Below are positions 1 to 14,162 of a DNA stretch of 64,000 nt, one piece after another. The position numbers and the translations under genes were made by a program. This DNA comes from Heteronotia binoei (taxonomy: Eukaryota). The notes below the pieces were generated by a model, which was given only the letters and a program-made list of their open reading frames with translations, was not told the origin of the DNA and ran no database searches. The first letter of the stretch is position 1, and the number at the start of each line of letters is the position of its first letter. The stretch lies in contig NC_083228.1 of NCBI RefSeq assembly GCF_032191835.1, positions 59,458,001 through 59,522,000 of the forward strand, in the 5' to 3' direction.

Positions 1-714
1 TGGCAGCAGAGGCCTATGTTCCAGGGTAGATGTGTGTAAGCTGAAAGTCCAGGCGTCCTGGCAACAGAGCCAGTGATCATGAAGTTCATATAAATGTTAA
101 AGAGGGGGCTCTGGCTCACAGAATGCAATGAAGTCATGTGCCATTACATAAGATTGTTCTATACATCTTGGGGGATGAAGCATACAGAGAAATCCCAACA
201 CTTTAAAGAAATTGCGGGGATTGCATTGTGGGGTTGCCTAGCAACTGAGGCAGAAGAACCTTGGCCTAGGCAATGCCAGCATGACTATAGGTTTGGACAA
301 AAACAGCAGCAGTGGTGGTGGCAGGGAGAGAGAGGAGAAATTAGTGAGTGGTGGAGAAGAAAAAGCAATGATGGATGGGAAGGATATGAGGAAAAAGTGG
401 GAAATGGGGTGGAGTGAAAGTGGAGAAAGGGCTGCAAAGAGAAATAAAGTGGGAGGCCAGTGGGGTAGGGTAGACTATTCTCCCCCACAAGTATCACAGT
501 CCCCAGCTTGTGTTCTTATGTACCTATTCACATACACATCAAAGAGCCATTATCATGTGAGACAATGTCTTTAGCACAGCAATTTATGACTTTTTTTAAT
601 ATGGTGATTTTATACGAGTGCAGAAGGGGGAATAATTTATTCCATTTGCCAATCCTTACATGTTTTGCCTATTGCTTCACCAGGGAGGATCTGTAAAAAT
701 GAATAAATAAAAGC

Positions 715-2880
715 AGAGGAAACTGAAAGGAAAGGTAAATACAGTCAAAACCCTTGGGGAAGCTTGGAGGCTATTTAAAACTACAATCCTAGAAGCTCAG
801 ATAAAATATATACCACAAGTTAGGAAAGGCACAAACAGGTATAAGAGAAGGCCTGCATGGTTAACAAACAAAGTAATGGAAGCTGTAAAAGGTAAGAAGG
901 ACTCCTTTAAGCGGTGAAAAACTAGTCCAAGTGAGATTAATAAAAGGGAACACAAGCTGTGGCAAATCAAATGCAAGACTATGATCAGGCAGGCAAAAGG
1001 GGACTATGAGGAGCATATTGCAAAAAACAAAGAAAAAAACAATAAAAATTTCCTCAAATATATTAGAAGCAGGAAACCAACCAGGGAGGCAGTGGGGCCC
1101 TTGGATGACCAAGGGGTAAAAGGATTACTGAAGAAGGATAGGAAAATGGCTGAGAAGCTAAATGCATTTTTTGCCTTTGTCTTCACTGTGGAAGACGAGA
1201 AGTGTTTGCCCACTCCAGAACCACTAATTTTGGAAGGGGTGAATTTTGAAAGACCTGAATCAGATTGCGGTGACAAGAGAGAAGGTCCTACAACTGATTG
1301 ACAAATTAAAAACTAATAAGTCACCAGGTCTGGATGGCATACATCCAAAAGTTCTGAAAGAACTCAAAGTTGAACTTGTGGATCTCCTGACAAAAATATG
1401 TAATCTTTCATTGAAATCTGCCTCCGTTCCTGAGGACTGGAAGGTAGCAAATGTCATCCCATCTTTTAAAAGGGTTCCAGAGAAGATCCAGGAAATTACA
1501 GGCCAGTCAGTCTGACTTCAATACCGGGAAAGTTGGTAGAAACCATTATCAAGGACAGAATGAGGAGGCACATTGATGAGCACAAGTTATTGAGGAAGAC
1601 TCAGCATGGGTTCTGTAAGGGAAGATCTTACCTCACTAACCTGTTACAGTTCTTTGAGGGGGTGAACAAGCATGTGGACAAAGGGGACCCAATAGATATT
1701 GTTTACCTTGACTTCCAGAAAGCTTTTTATAAAGTTCCTCATCAAAGGCTCCTTAGTAAGCTCGAGAGTCATGGAGTAAATGGACAGGTCCTCTTGTGAA
1801 TCAAAAACTGGCTAATTAATAGGAAGAGAGTGAGTATAAATGGGCAGTCTTCGCAGTGGAAGACCGTAAGCAATGGGGTGCTGCAGAGTTCAGTACTGGG
1901 TCCCATGCTCTTTAACTTGTTCATTAATGATCTGGAGTTGGGAGTAAGCAGTGAAGTGGCCAAGTTTGCAGATGACACTAAATTGTTCAGGGTGGTGAGA
2001 ACCAGAGAGGATTGTGAGGCACTCCAAAGGGATCTGTTGAGGCTGGATGAGTGGGCATCAATGTGGCAGATGAGGTTCAATGTGGCCAAGTGCAAAGTAA
2101 TGCACATTGGAGCCAAGAATCCTAGCTACAAATACAAGTTGAAGGGGTGTGAACTGGCAGAGACTGACCAAGAGAGAGATCTTGGGGTCATGGTAGATAA
2201 CTCACTGAAAATGTCAAGACAGTGTGCGTTTGCAATAAAAAAGGCCAACGCCATGCTGGGAATTATTAGGAAGGGAACTGAAAACAAATCAGCCAGTATC
2301 ATAATGCCCCTGTATAAATTGATGGTGCGGTCTCATTTGGAGTACTGTGTGCAATTCTGGTCACCGCACCTCAAAAAGGATATTATAGCATTGGAAAAAG
2401 TCCAGAAAAGAGCAACTAGAATGATTAAAGGTTTTGAACACTTTCCCTATGAAGAAAGGTTAAAACACTTGGGGCTCTTTAGCTTGGAGAAACGTCAACT
2501 GCGGGGTGACATGATAGAGGTTTATAAGATTATGCATGGGATGGAGAAGGTAGAGAAAGAAGTCCTTTTCTCCCTTTCTCACAATACAAGAACTCGTGGG
2601 CATTCAATGAAATTGCTGAGCAGTCAGGTTAAAATGAATAAAGGAAGTATTTCTTCACCCAAAGGGTGATTAACATGTGGAATTCACTGCCACAGGAGGT
2701 GGTGGCAGCTACAAGCAAAGCCAGCTTCAAGAGGGATTAGATAAAAATATGAAACAGAGGTCCATCAGTGACTGTTAGCCACTGTGTTTGTGTGTGTGTG
2801 TATTTTGGCCATTGTGTGATACAGAGTGCTGGACTGGATGGGCCATTGGCCTGATCCAACATGGCTTCTCTTATGTTCTT
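715..2880 (+). mobile_element. 5'-truncated CR1 LINE (ORF2 reverse transcriptase region), disrupted by frameshifts and stops
   Basis: Overlapping ORFs give CR1 ORF2 motifs (NKSPGLDGIHPKVLKEL, QHGFCKGRS.LTNLL.FFE, VYLDFQKAF.KVPH, GPMLFNLFINDL, KFADDTKL, HLEYCVQFWSPH). The 3' UTR has a (TG)n tract and ends in TTATGTTCTT. Boundaries are approximate. Confidence 0.95.
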
Positions 2881-3470
2881 AGCATATCTCAAGGGACAAA
2901 GATCTAAAACAGATATTTTAAAGCTTTTTTAAAAAAAATAGTGGTAGCTGAACATATAAGAAATATAGCTGATATGCTGAAGTCCTAGTAGCCAGTGAAT
3001 AGTCAATAAATTAATGTCAATTTCTTCACAAGTCCATTTTGGGAAAAGACATTATTAAATGCATATTATTCAAAATAGTTCTTAAACTATAGGTATAGAT
3101 TCGTCTCACAAAAACACATAAGCTGTAGAATAGAGCTGACCTATAAAATAGTGTTGGCAAAAAAAAAAAAAAAACCTGCCACAGCAGTTGAGTTTCACAG
3201 AAAAGAATGTGAGCTAGACTCAAGTTTTCTCTCACATGAATGGTAGCAAATGTATTTTGTTTAACCCATAAAGGACCAGAGCCTTAAATCTCAAATTTTA
3301 CTTTTTTCCAATAACTTCCTGTAATTATGATGATTTCATTTGCATACAGTTTCAAATGTCTGTGGACAATGGCTGCTCTCTAAAAAAAAATTAGACCAGT
3401 GAGGCACCTGCTGTTTTTGTTTTTGCTTGAGATGAGTGTTACTTTTATGTTTAGCAATGTGTATCTAGAG

Positions 3471-3599
3471 CAGGGGTGGCCAACAGTAGCTTTCCAGATG
3501 TTTTTTGCCTACAACTCTCATCAGCCCCAGCCATTGGCCATGCTGGCTGGGGCTGATGGGAGTTGTAGGCAAAAAAACATCTACCGTTGGCCACCCCTG
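3471..3599. mobile_element. Palindromic hAT MITE (CAGGGGTGGCCAA TIR)
   Basis: TIRs CAGGGGTGGCCAAC / GTTGGCCACCCCTG, near-palindromic body, exact 8-bp TSD ATCTAGAG at 3463-3470 and 3600-3607. Confidence 0.92.
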
Positions 3600-4364
3600 A
3601 TCTAGAGCATTTTGCCAACATATATTTCATCACAAGGGCATAAACAACTCGGTCGAAGTGTATATGGTAAAATTCTTAACAATATATTTCTAGTCACCAA
3701 TTAAACTTTTTGTGCTGTTTGTGAATTTACAAAATTTGCAGTTTCCACAATGAAAGTGTCCCTGGAACAAGCCAAATTTTGACAAGACCTATTGGATCCT
3801 TACAGGATGAGCTATACTGCTGTGTAGTAATGGATCTCTCAAATCAATCATTCTCTTAAATGAGATAATCTTTTTGTCACACATGAGAATACTATGTAAC
3901 ATAGTCCAATTTTTATACATACTCTTGCTAAGACTAACACCTATATGGCATAGGAATCATCTAAGAAATTTCCAAGTTTCTTGCTTTGCAGAATGCCCCT
4001 CTATGGCAAAAATACTATTAATATTAATACTTCTATTTCCTATACTTTATCTCAATCTGGCAACATGGTACAGAGATTCCAATGGACAGACAGAACTCCT
4101 TCATCTATTGGACTGATGTGTCCCCATCAGTGGATAGTGTAGGTTCAAATGCAGAACTACCCACTCCACAGAGGAGGAAAGTGCATCCATATCTTCAGCT
4201 GTAATATGTGTGCCTTGGAGAACACATGTGCCTCTGGAGCAGGACAATGCAAGAAGAAGAAGAAAATTCTTATGAAACCACGGAAATAAAACAAATATGT
4301 TAATATAATTTCAAATAGGTTATTTTAGGACTTCCAGTCACAGCTGGGTAGAAGAGATGGCATA

Positions 4365-4522
4365 GTATATCCTGATCTCATCAGGTCTTGGAAGTTAAGT
4401 AGGGTTGGTACTTGAAAGTGAGACCTCCAAGAAAGACTCTGCAGATCTCTGCTTCTCACTTGCCTAGAAAACCCCTTGCTGGGGTCACCATAAATTGGCT
4501 AGAACAACTTGACAGCACTTTA
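4365..4522 (+). mobile_element. Degenerate 5S rRNA-derived SINE
   Basis: CCTGATCTCATCAGGTCTTGGAAGTTAAGTAGGG...GTACTTGAAAGTGAGACC resembles 5S box A/IE/box C. RTE/Sauria-like tail ACAACTTGACAGCACTT. Confidence 0.65.
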
Positions 4523-6340
4523 TGCCCACAGTCAAGGCTGGGTGCATTCAGGGTGACAGACACATGTTAAGTACAGAATGTGCAATCTGATCCACAATTG
4601 TGCTGTGAAAATTTAGCCTGCTTGTGTTTTTAATTTAGTTCGCTTGTGTTGCCATATGGTGGTAAACTAACCTTGAAAATAGGGACAGTTTCTAGTAAGA
4701 TCTCAGAAGCCAAGAATGACTGAGAATGTGGCTTCAGTACTCTGTACTTCCATATTTTCTTGTCTTTCCACTATAAATAGCAGGAGACCACATTGCATAT
4801 ATTTCTAAATGTGAATAATTTATTCAGATTGATAATTTACCTTTTGTTGGCACAAAATTAGGCAGAGCTTGTAAAGAGACATGGAGCTTGCTTAACTGCA
4901 TATGTTAAAGTAATGCCATTGCAAAAGAGAAATGGCATTTCATATGTTTAATTATGGAATAGTGAATGGGCATGTCCATTACAGATGAAAGATTGCTAAT
5001 CTTGAAATACTTTAGAGAGCCATCTATCATTCAGAAGTGAATGTAATCTTTAGCAAGCAATTTATGGGTTAATGTGGTGTAAGTATCTGCTTTACACATT
5101 GTTGTCTAATGAAGACGGGGTGGTAATCTCTTCTCATTAGGTTAATGTGTCAACTCTGCCAGGTTACATCATCAGCCTATTTTTAAACAGATATAATTAA
5201 TGAAAGCATGTAGCAATTCATGATAATCATTGCCATTAATTCATTAGGATACTTTGTTCAAATAATAATAATAATTGTTCTGAGGCTGTATTCTATGAAG
5301 TAAGTATATTGCTCTAAAATACTTTTTGAGTACTGAATGCATGCTGCACCCTATGAACTGTTTTCACCCATTCCTTGCAAATGGTTTATTATTACCAGAG
5401 CAACATGTATTTACTTAAGAGATATGCTGATGCTGTGATGTCTGCATCCATGATGTTCTGTGGCAGAGTAGTATGCTGGAAGAAGGAACATCCATTGGCC
5501 ACAATCCAGTGAACTGAGCTGAGCACACTTAACTCTGTTTTGGATTGGAGTAACTGTTCTACAGAACTCAGCACTGGAAATGATAGCACTGGCAAGCAGT
5601 TTCCTTCTTTACACAGTAGATTTGTTAATAAATAACCTGGGTAGCTGTTTTTCATGCACATAGAGCTAAAAAGAAGTATAAAACAATGGCACCATAGAGA
5701 CCATCACCTCAGATAAAGCCATAGTAAGGAAGCTGGAAAATGTCATTTCACTGTGCCAATTCTTGCCAGCCCATGTCAGAAGAAACTATAATTCATATGA
5801 TCAAGCAAGCCACAAATAGCAATGACACAAATACAGGAGAGCTACCAATGATGTAACCCACCCACAAAACCAGTTTTGCAAACTGCCCTGCAAGAAAAGT
5901 AACCTGAAATAAGTACAAGAAAACGGAACATTGTGCTAAAGTTTCTTTGGGTACACATTTGATTTGTTTTGTTTGTAAATTTTAGCGTTGTAAAGGCATG
6001 CGTTTGGGTTCATTAATTAACTGTGAATTCCTTTCCATTGGTTCCAATGGGTACTATATTTCTATTTGTAACTTTCCTCTGCTCTCAAGGAATCACAGGG
6101 ATATATCAGCCATTTATAGGATGTTTCTTTTTAAACTACAGGCAGAAAGAAGAAAACATGTCCATTCCAAAAGCAGAGAACAGAACAGCATATTTCCATC
6201 ACTAACCAATTATCCTCCAATTCAACTGGCATAACTTCCTCAGAGATTATAATTCTCAGTCAAGGAATCCTCCTTAGCAAACTGCAGACAGGGAGTATAT
6301 AGAGATAGCATTTTATAAGCCATTAATTCTTCCCTTAGAG

Positions 6341-8355
6341 CAGGGTTTCCCAAACTCTTCTTTCCCGTGGCCCAGTTATTTTTACACTTCTCCTTCATGG
6401 CCCACTAAAATTTGGGGGTGGAGCCAGCAGACTTTGGGGGTGCAGCCAGGAGACAGGAATTATGTCATTTTCTGTGGTGTCAAGGACCAAGTGATGTCAC
6501 TTCTGGGGCACACTGAACCAAAACTCCACCTTTTCCTGTGATGTCACTTCCAGGGCACTCCATCAAACCTGCCTCTTTTTCGGAAGTAAATTCATTTTCA
6601 GAAAAATCTCTCTGAAACTCATGCTAAGCCAAAATGAAGGTGGAAAGTGGGCGGGCCTCTCTTTTCACCCACACACCTGCATGCACCTATCTGCTTGTGT
6701 ATTCTTCTCCAGCTTGCAAGTACTCCTAATGCCCATGTTCAATTGCCTGCACCACTTACACATCCCTTCCTCAACAGCACTGGCCAGTGTATGCAGTTGG
6801 GAGTGCTGTTGCCATCGCCGTCAGGAATGCCAGCACTATGTACCACCCACACTGGGACCTTGCAGCTGCTCCACCTCAAAATATGCTAACACATATAGTA
6901 GGTCCTTCCTTTAGCCGCTACTAGTGGAACCATGTCTCAAGCTACAACCAAGCTTGCTTGGTTTCAAGAAAATCTTTTGACAGCTATTTTTCATACTTTT
7001 CTTTGGTTAAAACACTGGGAAATTGCTGTGAAAGGTAGCAAAGAATTGTACTGCAATTAATGAATTAATTTCAAGTTATATGAAGTTCATACAAGCTTTT
7101 CTGCAGTTATCCCAAAAAGGATATTTATGAGGGGCTTGCAGCTTTTTATTGGTTGTGTTTCTCATGCCTTTAAAAGCAACCTGTTGTGCAGATACTTAGC
7201 CAGTGAACTACTTTCATCCTTTTTAATATCTACAGGAGGAATTTAATTTTGGTGTCAGACAGCTGTTAAAAGCAGGACCAGTAAAATGTTGCCAAGTACC
7301 ATCTCTTCCAGTGCTATTGAGATATACCGCAGTAATATCCTGTACCATCTCTTCCAGTGATGTTGAGATATACCGCAGTAATCTCCAATAATCTCTTTCT
7401 GCCCTGCACCTTTTACTCTCAATCACTCACACAGAAATCTCATAGAAGGCCATCTGGCTACAACTGGGGGTGTCAACTTTTCACTGGCAGAGCTCCTATG
7501 TCTGCAACAACAGTATGATGAACAGAAAAGTTTNNNNNNNNNNNNNNNNNNNNNNNNNNNNNNNNNNNNNNNNNNNNNNNNNNNNNNNNNNNNNNNNNNN
7601 NNNNNNNNNNNNNNNNNNNNNNNNNNNNNNNNNNNNNNNNNNNNNNNNNNNNNNNNNNNNNNNNNNNNNNNNNNNNNNNNNNNNNNNNNNNNNNNNNNNN
7701 NNNNNNNNNNNNNNNNNNNNNNNNAGCCATATTGGATCAGGCCAGTGGACTATCCAGTCCAAAATTCCCTCATACAATGCCCAGAAAGCACCAGAATGTC
7801 CACAAGTGGGGCCAGGGGACTAGAAGCCCTCCCACTGTTGCTTCCCCCCCAGCACCAAGAACACAGACAGAGCATCACTTGCAGGGGAAAAAAGAAAGAA
7901 GGTGTCGGCCAAAGAAAAAAAAAGCCTTCCTCACCATCAGATGACCCCAGCCAGCAAAAATTCTGCCCAGGGATCATTTGGTAAAAAAAAAAAAAAAACA
8001 GCTACCAGAATGCCCACTCCCCACGCCTCCCAGCTGAAAAAAATACACACACCCTTCTTTGCCTCCCAGGCCTCCTGGGGAAATCTCCCCAAAAGAACAT
8101 ACTGCAAGGCACATGAAAGCTCATACCTTGAAGAACACTTCATGGGTCTAAAGTGCCAATGGATGCCAGCTTTTCTCTCAAACACTGGGAGGGGGAGAAG
8201 GAAGGAGAGGCAGCCCAGCTCCTGTCTGCACAACACAGAGACAGGGCGGAGCTAGCTTTGCTGGGGGTGGGGCTAGCTTTGGCTTTTCTTGTGATCTGGT
8301 AGTGAGGCTTCCATGGCCTGGTACCAGGTCACGACTCTGCAAATGGGAAACACTG
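6341..8355 (+). mobile_element. About 2.0-kb non-autonomous hAT element, family A copy 1
   Basis: TIRs CAGGGTTTCCCAA / ATGGGAAACACTG, exact 8-bp TSD CCTTAGAG (6333-6340, 8356-8363). Homologous inverted copy at about 41000-49339. Contains N gap 7534-7724. Confidence 0.88.
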
Positions 8356-8907
8356 CCTTAGAGTACAGGTACATGGAGGTGTGATTATGGTTTTTCTCTG
8401 CTAGGCTCTTAAGGTCATCAGGGTATGGTGACCTATTTTTAAACAGAGATTTTGAGGGTAATGAAACCTGCACATGTTCATAGCCTGAAGCATTTCTACC
8501 AACCCAGGTCTAACAATTTAGTCCCCACTGTATATCAAGAAGCCAGTGGGTTTGTTTGGAGAAAATTAAATGCTTCAAACAGTGCAGCACAACAAGATGA
8601 TGTGTGAGTTTTACCGTCCTTCATCCACATTTCCCATTTTTTAAAAAAAATCCCCACCTCCTGCTTCAAATCTAAGTATGAAGTGTTGTCAACAGCTGAG
8701 TCCCTCCCCTCCTGGAAAATAAACAACATGTGTGGATGGTGTGGGAGCCTAGATAACTCTCCAGGTTAGGCAGTGTAGCATCCACAAAGACAGGAGAATA
8801 GAAACTAAACCAACCAAGCAAAAACCTCCAAAGAAAGTTTAGAAAGGCAAGGCAAAATCCAAGTCAGAATCAAGGCCAGAAGTCGGGATCTTTGGGAATG
8901 CTCAAGG

Positions 8908-9437
8908 TAGGGTTGCCAAGTCCAATTCAAGAAATATCTGGGTACTTTGGGGGTGGAGCCAAGAGACTTTGGGGGTGGAGCCAAGAGACATTAGGGGTGG
9001 AGCCAAGATCAAGGCTGTGACAAGCATAATTGAACTCCAAAGGGAGTTCTGGCCATCACATTTAAAGGGACGGCACACCTTTTCAATGCCTTCCTTCCAT
9101 AGGAAATAATGAAGGATACGGGCACTTTCTTTTGGGGCTCATAGACTTGGACCCCCTGGTCCAATCTTTTTGAAACTTGGGGGGTATTTTGGAGAGAGGC
9201 ACTAGATGCTATACTGAAAATTTGGTGCCTCTACCTCAAAAAACAGCCCCCCCCAGAGCCCCAGATACCCACGGATCAATTATCTATTATTTTCTATGGG
9301 AATAAATCTCCCTAGGGAATAAAAGAGTTCCCAGCAGACATTTCCCTCCCCTCCCCCCGCTTTCTGATGACCCTGAAGCGGGGGGAGGGCCTCCAAACCG
9401 GGGGATCCCCTGCCCCACCTGGGGATTGGCAACCCTA
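8908..9437 (+). mobile_element. hAT MITE family C (TAGGGTTGCCA TIR), copy 1
   Basis: TIRs TAGGGTTGCCAA / TTGGCAACCCTA, exact 8-bp TSD GCTCAAGG. Confidence 0.92.
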
Positions 9438-11140
9438 GCTCAAGGGTAGGTAGAAATGTGGTCAAAATCTGCAAAGGGGAAAAGGAAGTCAAAAGGCAGA
9501 GATCAAGATCTGGGATGTGCAAAGCGAATGCACTGTTCTCACAACAAACTGGTTGCTTAGACTGAAGGGCCCAGCCTTGAGGCATTAGCTTTACACCTCC
9601 AAGTTCAATCCTATTGAATCCTTCGGTGAGTTGACTACCTGGAATTTTAGGGGGAAATGTTTAACTACCTGCAGACCCAAGAGTTAGAATTCAGATGGAC
9701 AGGGTTACAGTCTCATCTGTAGTTGTAAACAGTAGGCCTAACAAATACACAATAACCAGATGCTCTCAAAGTACTGTTCTCAGGCATAAAACACATTTGG
9801 TTCCTTATTGATCTGACAGTTTAATTGCAAACATCAAAAATATTGTAACTTCAAAATAAAGGGGGTGATACCACAGGAACCTTGGAAATCCTACACTTGA
9901 TAAATAGTGTTCAGAACATGCATCCTCCTACGCTCACAGGCTATCATGATCCATTTAAAAATATATACAGAAGGTATTATTTAAAAAAAAAATGGCAGTG
10001 AGCAATCTGCAATCCCAAAGCAGCAACTATCACATGCCCTGCTTTGAAGTTGCCTGCAGGAGAACCAGTTGGCTGCAGGCACAGGGCAGAAAAATCCCCA
10101 CTTTGAGTGAATTATAATGGCAAACAGCAATGTAACTGGTGAATCCACGAAACTAAGCTCTCCTGTCTGCAGTGCTACCCAAGATACAATCCATTAAGCT
10201 CTCTTCATGGAGTTCATCCCCACGTACCCCATTCAAAAGTGGTGATGCGGATCCAACCTTAGGCTGGAGGAAGTTCCTGCAGCCTAAGGATTCTTCATCT
10301 GATTTACATTGCTCTTCCATAGGAGGAAGTTTGCTTAGGCTGGAAAATGGCTTCAGACCTTGCTTAGTAGAACAGTAGGCTAGTGGTGGGATCCATGTCC
10401 ATGTGCCTACATGAGGGTGGGAGTAGCTTCCCTCCCTCATATATGACTTGTATCCTTTGGCCACTCACCCACCCATTGTGGTCCTCAAAATGTGAAGGAA
10501 GTTGGTTAGGATGCACTCAAACACTGTTTCCATCCCAGCCTTACTCTTTCTGTAACCTTCTCACTAGTCTCCTCCACCGCCAGCCTTTTAAACCCAGCCT
10601 GGCATGCTACACAGGCCCCACCCATTCACCTCCCATAGGCTAATAATCACCTGTTTCCCCCTTGAGGCTCTGCCTTAGGGTGTGGCCCTGCCTAAACTTC
10701 AGGCAGGCAATTGCCTTCTCCTGTGCTCCCTCTCCTTCTCCAGCTAATAGTTAGCTCAGTGTCTGCTTGGGGTTTAAAGGGTCAAACTGGCAACATGCAA
10801 ACAGCTCCTGTCCCTGGCCACCATTGCTCATTCTCACAATTAGATGGATCAGGCATGGCACTGCTGCCCAGCTGCATACCAGGCTCCCACCCAGGGGGGC
10901 TGCTGGGTATTAGCCTTAGACAGGGCTTTAAAGAGTTTGTTGTATCAGTGTGCAAAGTACCCTGTCTCTCTTCCCCACTGGAGCACCTGTCAGTCAGGTA
11001 GGATGACACCACTGCCTCCTGACAGTGGTCCAGACTCATCCATTGCTCACCACTGTACTCTGTTCTTCTATATTAATTCTCCTCAAGCTAGGCACAAAAT
11101 GGCAGCTTGTCTGTGTTTCCACTTGTACATCTTTGTGATG

Positions 11141-11678
11141 TAGGGTTGCCAGGTCCAATTCAAGAAACATCTGAGGACTTTGGGGGTGGAGCCAGGAGAT
11201 TTCGGGGGTGGAGCCAGGAGACATTAGGGTGGAGCCAGAATCAAGGGTGTGACAGGCATATTTGAGTTCAAAGGGAGTTCTGGTCATCAAATTTAAGGGA
11301 CCGCACACTTTTTAAATGCCCCTCCATTAGAAATAATGGAGGATAGGGGCACATTCTTTTGGGGCTCAAAGAATTGGACCCCTTTGTCCAATCTTTTAGA
11401 AATTTGAGGGGGTGTTTTGAGGAGAGGCCCTGGATGCTTTACCATTTGGTGCCTCTATCTCAAAAATTTGGTGCCTCTACCTCAAAAAGCACCACCCAGA
11501 GCCCCAGATACCCACAGATCAATTCTCCATTATACCCTATGGGAATCAGTCTCCATAGAGAATAATGGAGTGCCCAGCAGACATTTCCCTCCCCCCCCCC
11601 TTTCTGATGGCCCTGAAGTGGGGGAAGGATCTCCAAACCAGGGGATCTCCTGCCCCCACCTGGGGATTGGCAACCCTA
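11141..11678 (+). mobile_element. hAT MITE family C, copy 2
   Basis: Both TIRs present and body collinear with 8908-9437. No TSD recognisable. Confidence 0.88.
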
Positions 11679-12744
11679 TATATGTTAAAAGGATATTCAC
11701 ATGCTACAGCAGCTCCCCAATCATTCCTGAAGAACAATGCCAAAATGCATATGCACAAGGCATCTTTAGTGTGCAAGCACTTTCATTGTGAACCCAGAGA
11801 AAATTCAGGAATTGGGGGAGGCAAGCTCCCTGTGAATACTTCCTGAGAGCAGAAACAAATTCAAATGGGGGGGGGGGGGGCAGTATGTCCATCTATAGAT
11901 CTAAACATTTAAAAAATAATAGAAGCCATGTTTAGATAGAAATAATGTTTCCAAATAGCAACATTAATTCAGATAGATATATTTTGTTATATCCAAATTA
12001 GATCAGGCACCAAACAAAAGACTGGATAGAGAATAGGACTGTTTTAGTGGCAAGAACTATAACTATAAATGTCTATTGTGCCATTATCCTAATTATGATC
12101 TACTTTCTCCACTTTTCTCCTGGGAAGTGAGACTTATTTGTTGCGGGAGATATATCTATTATTAATCTTCAGGTAGTTAGTGGAATCATTTGCAGTGTTC
12201 ATTAACCAGTATCACCTTATGGATTACTAAACAGCATCTATGCTTTTGCTAATGAGCCCCAGTTGTGCAATATTTTACATATATTATAGCCAGACAGTTA
12301 GAGAATGCTTGCTTTTTGAGAGTGAATATGAAAATAAATTGTTTTGGACATAAAGCAGATGCAGAGATAGATGGCAGTAACATGCAAGTGGCTAGCATTA
12401 GAAAACCTAATGGGACATAGAGTAATATATGTAAAATGATATCATTTCCTACATTTAAAAAATCCTGTATGCTACTATAATGAGTAGTGGGGACCAAATA
12501 ACCCCCCTAAGGACAGTTACCTCCTTTCAAGGACAGCAACCTGGCTGAGCCCCATTTCAATATACATGACATCATCTACTTAACGCCTGTTGATTCCAAA
12601 ATTGGCCAAATATATTTGCATTCATTTGTTTGTTTGATAGATTTATACTGTGTCTTTCTACCTGTGGTCACCAAGGCAATTTACATGCAAATGTCAAATG
12701 AGGCAAGAATAAAGAAAATGCATGGATATCAATGTGACAGTTGA

Positions 12745-12930
12745 ACATTTGAATTTGCCTTATACCAAATCAGACCATTCATCTGTATAGGACAGTATTG
12801 TCTGCTGTGACTGGCAGCAGCTTTTCAAGTCTTGGGTCAAGCATATCACCAACTTCTTTTAATGGGAGACTGAACCTGGAACTTTCTGTGTATAAAGCAG
12901 GTGCTCAACCACTGAGCCTTGGCCCCTTTC
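12745..12930 (-). mobile_element. Old tRNA-derived SINE
   Basis: Reverse complement resembles the SINE at 50584-50798 (GCTCAGTGGTTGAGCACCTGC head; GACAATACT and GTATAAGGCA tail segments). Confidence 0.6.
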
Positions 12931-12991
12931 CCCTAAAATCAAAAGCAGAAACAGCACTAGTATTAATCAGGACTGAATCTGTACATGTTTT

Positions 12992-13154
12992 TTGATGGGG
13001 GGGGGGCAAAATTAAAAAATGGTGCCCCCTTATGGGTCATTTTATCTTATGCTCCCATAGAATACAATGCGCTCCATACCCAATTTGGTGCCCCCCCTCC
13101 ATTGGTGCCTGGGGCAAGCACCCCCCTCTGCCCCCCCCCCTAGATCCGGCCCTG
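12992..13154. mobile_element. Partial hAT MITE (CAGGGCCGGATCTA-type end)
   Basis: Ends in TAGATCCGGCCCTG. A related fragment follows the gap at 33087. Confidence 0.55.
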
Positions 13155-13229
13155 GCATTAATAATAGGTAAAAAACAGCAGACAGATGGTCGTTCTGACC
13201 CTAGTCCAATGCCATTTAGTGCTCTAATA

Positions 13230-13330
13230 GGCCCAAACCAACATAATAATCATAATAACAACAACAACAATACTTTTTATTTATATCCCGCCCTCCCCGC
13301 CAGGGCAGGCTCAGGGCGGCTCACAATATA
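13230..13330 (-). mobile_element. L2 LINE 3' tail with AAC/AAT microsatellite
   Basis: TTTATATCCCGCCCTCCCCGCCAGGGCAGGCTCAGGGCGGC, the same tail as the L2 at 29895. Confidence 0.8.
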
Positions 13331-14052
13331 CGAGTATAAAATACAATAAAACCATACATAGTAAATTACAATTTCAATAATAAAATCATCATTAAACCAT
13401 TAACTATATTAAAATTAACATTGTAGTGCTATAACTAAGGTCTTAATATGTTGAATACAAGTGCCAGAAAATGTACAAGAAGCTTCCCAGCAAATATGAC
13501 ATGTCCCAGTTAATACTTTGGCTGCTGTGTTCTGAACCGATTGAATATTTTTCATAGATTACACCATATATGATACAGTAATCTAACCTGGACACTGTGA
13601 GGCATAGATAAATGGCAATACCCCTGGTTGCAAGCTACAGTAACTGCACATACAATCCCTGTAAAGCACAAACTTGATTTCCCCTTGTATATGTGTTAAG
13701 TAATTCTCACATTACCTTCAATTAATGTACTGCTGAATGTGTAACTGAAAATGCACATTTATCCATATGGTTCCCTAGTTTCATTTGTAAATTAAAGGCA
13801 CCTTGGCTGTTTCTTACAAATGTATGTATGTATGCAAGATATACATGTGTTCAATATAATATGTGAACAAGGATAATGCTGGGGTGATGGAGTTGTATAA
13901 GAAGCCATAGGTGGTTCCAGCTAAAGTTCATAAGAAAGTGCCATACACTTCAGCTTGATGCCATCTACTGTGACTGGCAAAATCTCTCCTGTCTTCAGCT
14001 GCCTGCTTTCCTGCTACCTGCTGAGACCCTTGTAACGAGACAAGTTACAGAT

Positions 14053-14162
14053 GGTGCATTCACACTACACTAAATAATGTGTTTTATGTCCGGATTTTTG
14101 CCATTCTTACACAGTTAAAATCCAGATGTAAAATGCATTATTTAGTGTAGTGTAAATGCACC
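14053..14162. mobile_element. Hairpin MITE
   Basis: GGTGCATTCACACTACACTAAATAATG ... CATTATTTAGTGTAGTGTAAATGCACC long inverted repeat. Related piece at about 51384-51490. Confidence 0.75.

Noticed and set aside
1830-2669. 279-aa ORF as a host gene
   Set aside because: It is the RT C-terminal part of a frameshifted CR1 LINE.
7470-7823. ORFs spanning N runs (also at 32.7, 35.2 and 44.8 kb)
   Set aside because: Artefacts of translating through assembly gaps.
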